Of a stretch of DNA of 64,000 nt, positions 43,117 to 50,309 are shown one piece after another. A program made the position numbers and the translations under genes. Positions within the stretch are counted from its first letter, which is position 1. The number at the start of each line of letters is the position of its first letter. The DNA comes from Candidatus Dojkabacteria bacterium (GTDB taxonomy: Bacteria; Patescibacteriota; Dojkabacteria; SC72; JAFGCJ01). The DNA lies in contig JAFGIK010000028.1 of NCBI GenBank assembly GCA_016929645.1, positions 11,402 to 75,401 on the forward strand. The letters are read 5' to 3'. The notes under the pieces are model-generated. The model was not told the DNA's origin and ran no database searches. It saw only the letters and a list, made by a program, of their open reading frames with translations.

Positions 43117-43284
43117 AACGATGATTAAAAAAATTGATATAGATTATGGCAGTAAGACAATTTTAACACATCCTTTCAAAAACACTACCGTGATGTACCA
43201 TCCATCATAAAAACCCATAACTTGCACAAACATGGTATCATTACAGCTATTTCATAGTTTCCTTTTTCTAATTGAAATAGGCAC

Positions 43285-43944
43285 TTGTTGACTCTTTACC
43301 AAAAGTCATTAAAACCCTATAATACATGCAAAATAATATTTATGAATGAAATCATGCATAATTACGTAGAACTGTTTTCTACCCCACATAATGAAGAAAT
43401 GACAGGTCAACAATATTATCTTTCAATCTTAAATAGAGGATTTGATTTAGAAATAGGACAAGAAACGGAAGGAATTCATAGAATATCAATGCAAGTTGTT
43501 ACCTTAAATCTAACAGCCACAGGAGACACCATCGGATTTGAAATAGGAAGGTTAACTGATGCCACACGACGGATAGTATTTAGTCCTACCTACACATACG
43601 ATACTCGCTGTGCAACTGTGCTATACGCAAATCAAACTTATACCGCCTTAGCTCAATATTCATATATGTATCCTAATCTTCATCCGAACAATCTTGTATT
43701 GCGATTAATACATGAAAGCCCAGAAAATACTCACAAAAGATCAAGCTTTTACATAGGTAATAATGGCACTCTAGTTAACTCATCTACAAGACAGCCTAAT
43801 GATGATAGGGATTTAAGACAGATGTGGTGGGAGGCTGAATCAAAAGTCTTTCCATTTATTTCTCCAGAAGATTCCGCTCTATTATTCTTCAATTCAACTT
43901 ATAATATACCACAGTTTATAAAGGAAAGAACAAGTAAATACTAG
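43285..43944 (+). CDS. Hypothetical protein
   Basis: ORF track entry only. Confidence 0.3.
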   Translation: MLTLYQKSLKPYNTCKIIFMNEIMHNYVELFSTPHNEEMTGQQYYLSILNRGFDLEIGQETEGIHRISMQVVTLNLTATGDTIGFEIGRLTDATRRIVFSPTYTYDTRCATVLYANQTYTALAQYSYMYPNLHPNNLVLRLIHESPENTHKRSSFYIGNNGTLVNSSTRQPNDDRDLRQMWWEAESKVFPFISPEDSALLFFNSTYNIPQFIKERTSKY

Positions 43945-44069
43945 GTTCAACCATATAAATTTTGCCAAAACTATATTTCAAGCAAAAAAAGCACCCAGTT
44001 ACCTGAGTGCTTTTCTACAAACTATCAAGAAGTCGGGCCATAATTAATAAATTATGCAATTGCCCTAAC

Positions 44070-44195
44070 TTATCTTGATTTCTTGGCAGTTTTTTTCTTT
44101 TTTGGCTTTGCTTTTGACTTTGTCGTCTTTCGCACAGTCTTTTTTACGGTCTTCTTTGCTGCCTTTTTCTTTGTTACCTTCTTGGCTTTTGGCAT
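44070..44195 (-). CDS. Lysine-rich histone H1-like/Hc1-like small basic protein (41 aa, from the internal Met)
   Basis: MPKAKKVTKKKAAKKTVKKTVRKTTKSKAKPKKKKTAKKSR. The upstream part of the track ORF looks non-coding. Confidence 0.45.
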   Translation of the reverse strand: MPKAKKVTKKKAAKKTVKKTVRKTTKSKAKPKKKKTAKKSR

Positions 44196-44402
44196 TGAAA
44201 GAATAAAGATAAAGTAATATATAAATATTAATTTAACATGAGAGGGAAAATAGTCAATACCAAATTTACATTTATTATGAAAACACATTAATGACAGCAC
44301 GGATACCTACTTATAATTATCAAGCTAAAATAATATCAAAACCTCGTGAATAACTAATCAATAACCAAGAAAAGGTAATTTTCATATTTGATGCAAAAAC
44401 GA

Positions 44403-45125
44403 TCAATCCTTAAGACCAAGTACTTTCAACAATTGAGGAAAACGAACAATAGTAAAATCTGGCTTTATGTCTGAATCCTTAGGAATTTCCTTCTTTTTAG
44501 GATTAAACCAGCAACAATCAATTCCGAAAGATTTTGCTCCTACGATATCTGCATCGAAATTATCACCAATCATAATAATTTCGTTTTTTTGAGCTCCTGT
44601 TTTATTAAGTGCTAATTCAAAGATTTGGGGTTCTGGTTTAGTGTAAATAACCTCCTCCGAAGCAACAAAAAAGTCTATTAAATCAGCAATCTTCAGAGAA
44701 ATTATCTTCTCAAGCCGAGAATGTAAAGATCCATCTGAGACAGCAGTAATTTTTATTCCAGAGTCTCTGATTTTTTGTAAAGTCTCAAGAACTCCAGGAA
44801 ATAACTGAATATACACATTAACAGTAAACCAATAAGCTTCATGCATTTCTAAAATCATTTCCTCATTAGACTTTATACCTAATCTCTCAAGTAAATTCTC
44901 AAAAAGGATTGCACGATTATGTGAAATTGTATTATGTACATAAGTTTCTTTCAAATCTTTCCTTACTTCAAGAAACAATTCTTTAAATTTTGTATATTTT
45001 ACCTTAGGATAAAATGAATGAAGTTTTTCGTATGAAACCCTAATTGCCTCATTGTAAAGGCTTTTAGAATTAAAAAGCGTTTCATCAAGATCGGTAAATA
45101 AATGCTTGTATTTTAATGTTTTCAT
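44403..45125 (-). CDS. HAD-superfamily hydrolase
   Basis: Motif I FTDLDETLF and motif IV IGDNFDADI. Confidence 0.7.
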   Translation of the reverse strand: MKTLKYKHLFTDLDETLFNSKSLYNEAIRVSYEKLHSFYPKVKYTKFKELFLEVRKDLKETYVHNTISHNRAILFENLLERLGIKSNEEMILEMHEAYWFTVNVYIQLFPGVLETLQKIRDSGIKITAVSDGSLHSRLEKIISLKIADLIDFFVASEEVIYTKPEPQIFELALNKTGAQKNEIIMIGDNFDADIVGAKSFGIDCCWFNPKKKEIPKDSDIKPDFTIVRFPQLLKVLGLKD

Positions 45126-45250
45126 ACCTTTATCATATCTTATTTTATTAACTATTTAAAGTAATATTTCTCTATTGTTTTTTGAATAATCCTATAGTAT
45201 AATCAGTGCTATGAATTTTTATATTCAAAAACACAAACGAAACGAAAATA

Positions 45251-45396
45251 ATGAGAGATGCATTAGCCTTATTAAGCGTTCAGCATTCATGGGAATTGTC
45301 GTCCCTTGTACAAAAATGCTGAATAACGGAGGCTAATAGTTATCGAGCAACTTATCTCTTTTGATACAATAAAGCCTCCAATACGGAGGCTTTTTT
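45251..45396 (+). promoter_or_regulatory. Leader ORF (23 codons, MRDALALLSVQHSWELSSLVQKC) plus terminator/antiterminator upstream of the MFS gene
   Basis: CGGAGGCT (45327-45334) can pair with AGCCTCC (45373-45379). Alternatively AGCCTCC-AATAC-GGAGGCT forms a hairpin followed by TTTTTTATTGTTTTATTTT. Confidence 0.35.
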
Positions 45397-45578
45397 ATTG
45401 TTTTATTTTCCTCATAAATTTCTAATAAACCATAAAAACTCTCTAGTAGCATCCTTTTCTTGCACCACGTATTGGAGGTTTTGCTGTCTTAGAAGCATTT
45501 AAGACAGCTCTTTACAATCACATATCTTAACAATCCAAATTCAGACATATCACTTAGCTGGCATAGAAAAGGAGAAAG

Positions 45579-46787
45579 ATGAATGCTCAAACAAACCGGT
45601 TCAAGAAGTACTTTATTGTCTCGATTTTCCTGCTTAGCTCGTTTATGACAGGATTCGAGTTTATTGGGTCCATTATCACCCCATTTTTCACAAAATGGGC
45701 AGGGCTGGAGTATGTATGGATCATGACTCTCCAATCTTGGTTCTCGGCAATAATCTTCATCATGGAAATTCCGACAGGAATGATAGGCGACAAGTTTGGA
45801 AACAAGTTGTCCGTAGGTTTAGGTTATCTGTTCATGCTTATTGGAACAATAACCTACACAATTGTCCCTGACCTCAGACTTTTCTTCATCGCAGAGGCCC
45901 TTTTTGCAATCGGGGTGTCGTTTTGCTCAGGGGCAGACCAAAGCCTTCTGTCAAACGCAATGAGAGATCTTGGAATGAAAGATTCATTCTCAAGAATCCA
46001 AGGCCTGAAGCAAAACTTCCATCTTGCAGGAATGATGTGCGCAGGACTACTGACAAAAGTCGTAGTCACAGCGCTGCCTCTCAATAAGGTTTTCAGACTG
46101 GGAGCTGTAGGCCACGCACTTGCGCTGATACTGCTGATTGCGTTTATTCCTGATTCTACTAACGGTAGGCACCACAAGTCATTTATAACGATAATAAAGA
46201 ATGCGGTAGTGCAGCTGCGAGAGCGACACGAACTCAGAAGAGTCTCAATCTATATCATGTTGATCTATAGCATCGGATACTTTGTAATCTGGACCAATCA
46301 GGCACTACTGACAATGATTGGTATCCCAGAAACAGAATTTGGATTCTATCGAATACTTTTCACTGGCACAGAGATTGTGATAACAAGCATCGCAATCGAG
46401 ATTCAGGCGAGGGTAAAGAATAAACGGAGATTTAACTTTATTCTCGTTGTGTTCATTGCTGTGGGCTTTATTGTCGGAGCAATCTCGAAAACATGGATTG
46501 GTGCAGCGTTGTTCATCACATTATCTGGGGGCATCGGTATGTCCTTCATTACAATCCAAACAGGGGTGATAGACAAACTTATCAACCGTGCAGAGAAGTC
46601 GACGGTGCTCTCCGGAATTAGCATGATCAGAAGAATCATAATTGCTGCATTGAACCCAATCGTGGGCCATTTCATGGATATAAACTTGCGATTGGTACTC
46701 GTTGTAATAGGCGTTGCAACGCTTGCATGCATGCTAATAGTGCCAAGAAACACAGACTTCACAGCGAAGGCTGTAGAAGAGGATTAG
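45579..46787 (+). CDS. MFS transporter (12 TM helices, motif A GMIGDKFGNK)
   Basis: MFS signature. Noticeably GC-richer than the surrounding genes. Confidence 0.8.
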   Translation: MNAQTNRFKKYFIVSIFLLSSFMTGFEFIGSIITPFFTKWAGLEYVWIMTLQSWFSAIIFIMEIPTGMIGDKFGNKLSVGLGYLFMLIGTITYTIVPDLRLFFIAEALFAIGVSFCSGADQSLLSNAMRDLGMKDSFSRIQGLKQNFHLAGMMCAGLLTKVVVTALPLNKVFRLGAVGHALALILLIAFIPDSTNGRHHKSFITIIKNAVVQLRERHELRRVSIYIMLIYSIGYFVIWTNQALLTMIGIPETEFGFYRILFTGTEIVITSIAIEIQARVKNKRRFNFILVVFIAVGFIVGAISKTWIGAALFITLSGGIGMSFITIQTGVIDKLINRAEKSTVLSGISMIRRIIIAALNPIVGHFMDINLRLVLVVIGVATLACMLIVPRNTDFTAKAVEED

Positions 46788-46817
46788 TTGATAGGACAAG
46801 ATATGTGACAAGAGTAG

Positions 46818-46848
46818 GCGGGAGGGAAATCTCCGATTTCCCTCCCGC
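46818..46848 (+). terminator. Perfect 14-bp GC-rich hairpin downstream of the MFS gene (GCGGGAGGGAAATC-TCC-GATTTCCCTCCCGC)
   Basis: Seen directly; followed by CAGGTTTTC. Confidence 0.5.
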
Positions 46849-46926
46849 CAGGTTTTCAATAAAAACATGCGGCAATAACACCGACAAATTAACAACGTCC
46901 TAAAGGAGTGATACACAGTTATAACA

Positions 46927-47619
46927 TTACTCAGTACTGGAAAAAGAGATGCTATCGACAAGGTTTTCGTAGTATTCTTCATGTGAACGATCAATATCAT
47001 CCCACCATGAGATTGTATGAACATAGCTGCCAGCATCAACTACAATATATTTTCCAAAATAAATATCTTTTTTGGATTCATCATAGGACAAATCGATTTC
47101 ACCTTCATAATAAAAACATGGGATACCTCCAACCAAAATCTCACCTTGAACTGGCTCACTGACCCAACTGTAATTGGAAATTGAATTCAAGAGAAGTTCA
47201 GGTTTTGTTCCTAGCCCTGGCAAAGATTCGATTTGAAGTGTCGACACTGGATAATTTGACTCAGAAAGTACAATTTCCGTGTCAAAGCATGGCGAACATT
47301 GACCAGTATTCGTACATCGGTCATAACATTCTTCTGGAGTATTAAGCTTGGCATTCTGCGGGTATTTAATTCTAAATCCGTATCCCAAGGCATTTTCGTA
47401 GATCTCCCATTCCTCAACATCAGGAATCAGAACCTCAGAATCTTCATCTGTGTCTCCTTCATCTTCTGATACATTTGCATCATTACCATTAATTATATAT
47501 TCATTAAACATCAAATATCCCCAAATAATAATTAAACCGGCAATAAAGATAACCATCAATAATCTGGAATTTCTGTTTATTTGAGGTTCTTTTTTCTTTT
47601 TTGTATCTACTTCCCCCAT
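46927..47619 (-). CDS. Hypothetical membrane-anchored secreted protein (Cys-containing)
   Basis: N-terminal TM LLMVIFIAGLIIIWGYLMF followed by an acidic linker. Confidence 0.35.
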   Translation of the reverse strand: MGEVDTKKKKEPQINRNSRLLMVIFIAGLIIIWGYLMFNEYIINGNDANVSEDEGDTDEDSEVLIPDVEEWEIYENALGYGFRIKYPQNAKLNTPEECYDRCTNTGQCSPCFDTEIVLSESNYPVSTLQIESLPGLGTKPELLLNSISNYSWVSEPVQGEILVGGIPCFYYEGEIDLSYDESKKDIYFGKYIVVDAGSYVHTISWWDDIDRSHEEYYENLVDSISFSSTE

Positions 47620-47627
47620 ATCAACTA

Positions 47628-48116
47628 TTAATTCTTTTTTAAATAAATCACACCGGAAATATGTTTTGATTTATGTTCTTTTTCGGTATTTGCATCTAGT
47701 GCATCCGTTAATATTGAGGTTTCAAAATCTTCATGATTAATTATTTTTTCATTAACAATAGCGACATCATGTTTTATTGAATTTGCATTACGATTCTCTT
47801 CCATATGAACAATAGGAATATTTTTGGATTTCTGCTTAATTCTGACATTACTATCACTACCATCAGAGTAAATTGATTGTCGCTTTGAGGTGGAAACCTC
47901 TATCCTTAAAGAACGGCCTTCAAAGGCTTTCCCATCCAAAGATTTGATCACATCTTCCACGTTCACTTCATCCTCCATAGTGACAAAGGCGAAACCTTTA
48001 AATCTACCGTTTTTAAACTTAGCAATTGAGACTTCTTTCACTTTACCTGCTTTTTCAAACCAATCTTTAAGAGATTCTTCTGTGCTTGACCAAGGAATAT
48101 TACCCACAAACAGCAT
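47628..48116 (-). CDS. RRM-type RNA-binding protein. Start at MLFVGNIPW, about 22 codons inside the track ORF.
   Basis: RNP2 LFVGNI and RNP1 KGFAFVTM motifs. Confidence 0.6.
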   Translation of the reverse strand: MLFVGNIPWSSTEESLKDWFEKAGKVKEVSIAKFKNGRFKGFAFVTMEDEVNVEDVIKSLDGKAFEGRSLRIEVSTSKRQSIYSDGSDSNVRIKQKSKNIPIVHMEENRNANSIKHDVAIVNEKIINHEDFETSILTDALDANTEKEHKSKHISGVIYLKKN

Positions 48117-48156
48117 ATTTGACATAAATATCATCTTAGAAAAATAAATATTAAGG

Positions 48157-49887
48157 CTATAAGCGCCAATCCACAGGCTCATCTAGTTCTCGGATGAGCA
48201 CGAAATATGAAGATTTTGAATCCAGAGCAAAATCGTTACCATAATAAGTTTGATTATCATATATCAATCCTTTGTATCGACCATCCACATAAGCCATAAC
48301 AGACTTTGCTCCAATTGAATTATTATTTAGTTCATCAAGTAATTCTTTTGCCATAATACCATCATTAAAAACAGAATGGTCCCAACTCGTTGAATCACTA
48401 CCTCCGAGAGAAATCAGATTCCAGCCGACATTTAAATGTATAGCATCACTTTGTTCCAACTCATTTACAGACATAGAGATATCCGCCCCAGTAGAATTAA
48501 CAATATATCCTGTATTTGATTCCAAATCAAAATTATTTCCATAAAACTCTCCATTTGACTTCTTTTCATAGCTGATCCAACGTCCATTGTCATATGTGGC
48601 AATAGACCTGAAGTTTCCGTTTGATGAAGTAATATATTCTGCAATACTTTCAGCTTTTCGACCATCAAGATCATATGGAAAAGAAACAAAAGTTGATCCT
48701 GGATCTAGTTCGTAACTAACATCTATCTTCGTTTCTTCATTGTCATCATCAGACAATGGATATTTGTAATCTTCAAAATTTCCTTGTACCTCAAAAATTT
48801 TCTGCTGGTTTTCTACAAAATTATTATCAGCATCAATTAATGTTCTTTTGAATTCGATGTTATCATTAGATACGGTCGCTATAATAACCTCATCATAAAG
48901 ACCCGGAGCACCAACATTTTCTGTAGATACACCATACATTGACCATAATTGAACACCATTATAAACCTCATCTCCACCTTTATGACCATGTCCCATAAAT
49001 ACGGCTTTCAGATTACTATCACAGCCTAGTTCATCAATAATATACTTTGGGAAAAGAGTTCCATCAGAGGAAGAAGTTTCACGGTGATGAATAAACATGA
49101 TTGATGCTGAAGCTTTGTTTGAATCACACACCTCGCTTCTTATCCAATTCATATCTTCTGTATTTCCTGGAAAATTTTGAAAAAAATTATAACCAAGTAT
49201 GATGAAATTTATATTTCCCCTAACAAAGGAATATGTGTGATCAGTACTATCTGCTGTACAAAATCCATTGGTAGCAATTTCAGGATTAAATGGTGCAGGA
49301 AAATCTGTTTTAGTCTGAAGCTCTACAGTTTCAAAATTAGCAGAATAATGATCTCGAGGGCTTTCTGCTTCAGAGCCCCAATAGTTAAAAGTGCCATTAC
49401 AAATGCCATTCTCATAGCTATCCAGCATTACGTATTTTTTGTTGGGATATTCAGTTCCTTCAACTCGCTCTACGTCATGATTGCCGAGAGCCACATGAAT
49501 TTCCATAAGCTCATCTTTATCAGTTTGTGTAATATATTCCTTTGATTGCAAGGCAAGTAATCCTTTTGTAGGCTGATATCTGTAATCTCCAACATGAACA
49601 TCGCCCATCTTGTGGGCCCAGGTAATATCACCAACATGAATTAGCATTTTAGAATCGTTTTCAGCGACTTGTTGAAACAGAGTGTCATATGACTGAGTCT
49701 CAGTATTATGGGTATCTGTTATTATCGAAAACGACCAAGGTGTAAACTGCTCTGTTGTAGCACTACTTCTGGGATCCATTGTCGTTGACTGTTGTGTCAA
49801 AGCTACGACTATAAAAAATAGCGTTAAACTAACACTAAAGATCCCAATTATAAAAAAATTATTGCTGTTGTTTTTGCGAACGGGCAT
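48157..49887 (-). CDS. Secreted calcineurin-like metallophosphoesterase
   Basis: Signal/TM N-terminus and GDITWAH...GNHD...GHGH phosphoesterase motifs. Confidence 0.6.
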   Translation of the reverse strand: MPVRKNNSNNFFIIGIFSVSLTLFFIVVALTQQSTTMDPRSSATTEQFTPWSFSIITDTHNTETQSYDTLFQQVAENDSKMLIHVGDITWAHKMGDVHVGDYRYQPTKGLLALQSKEYITQTDKDELMEIHVALGNHDVERVEGTEYPNKKYVMLDSYENGICNGTFNYWGSEAESPRDHYSANFETVELQTKTDFPAPFNPEIATNGFCTADSTDHTYSFVRGNINFIILGYNFFQNFPGNTEDMNWIRSEVCDSNKASASIMFIHHRETSSSDGTLFPKYIIDELGCDSNLKAVFMGHGHKGGDEVYNGVQLWSMYGVSTENVGAPGLYDEVIIATVSNDNIEFKRTLIDADNNFVENQQKIFEVQGNFEDYKYPLSDDDNEETKIDVSYELDPGSTFVSFPYDLDGRKAESIAEYITSSNGNFRSIATYDNGRWISYEKKSNGEFYGNNFDLESNTGYIVNSTGADISMSVNELEQSDAIHLNVGWNLISLGGSDSTSWDHSVFNDGIMAKELLDELNNNSIGAKSVMAYVDGRYKGLIYDNQTYYGNDFALDSKSSYFVLIRELDEPVDWRL

Positions 49888-50112
49888 ATTACTATATTAC
49901 ATTATCGACAGAGTTTTTACTATATAGGCTACGGGATTGTAAATTTTAAATGTACCTTCTTTGGTAAATAATTTGCTTAAGAAATTTATCTATTTTGAAT
50001 GTTATCCTAAACAACAAATTAGCGGGTCCTGAAGCTAATTGGGTTAAAAACCCTGGGATGGCAACCCAATAAATATCTTCTTCTAGAAATCATCCTAAGC
50101 AAGCCTAACATT

Positions 50113-50141
50113 GACTTCAGATTACCTTATAGCTAAAATCC
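50113..50141 (+). promoter_or_regulatory. Putative sigma-70 promoter TTGACT-N17-TAAAAT for the metG leader
   Basis: Spacing and hexamers read directly. Confidence 0.3.
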
Positions 50142-50177
50142 TAATAATTTATGAAAACATTGAACAACTCAAAATTA

Positions 50178-50277
50178 ATGATGGTAATGATGATGCAAAA
50201 CCTCTAGGAGGCATGTGATTCATATACTTTCATTAAAATCGCATACCTCCGAAAAGGAGGTTTTTTGTTTTTTTATG
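50178..50277 (+). promoter_or_regulatory. Met-codon-rich leader ORF (ATG ATG GTA ATG ATG ATG CAA AAC CTC TAG) plus terminator/antiterminator upstream of metG
   Basis: GGAGGCAT (50207-50214) can pair with ATACCTCC (50243-50250). Alternatively ACCTCC-GAAAA-GGAGGT (50245-50261) forms a hairpin followed by TTTTTTGTTTTTTT. Confidence 0.45.
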
Positions 50278-50309
50278 CTATATGAATTAAACTCTTTAGT
50301 GAATATTTA

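Noticed and set aside
50150-50262. T-box riboswitch upstream of metG (AATTAATGATGGTAAT loosely resembles the AAUUAGGGUGGUACC T-box sequence)
   Set aside because: It lacks the GGGUGG / ACCGCG core that the valS leader does have. The AUG run is better explained as a translated mini-ORF, and the terminator/antiterminator uses GGAGG/CCTCC pairing instead.
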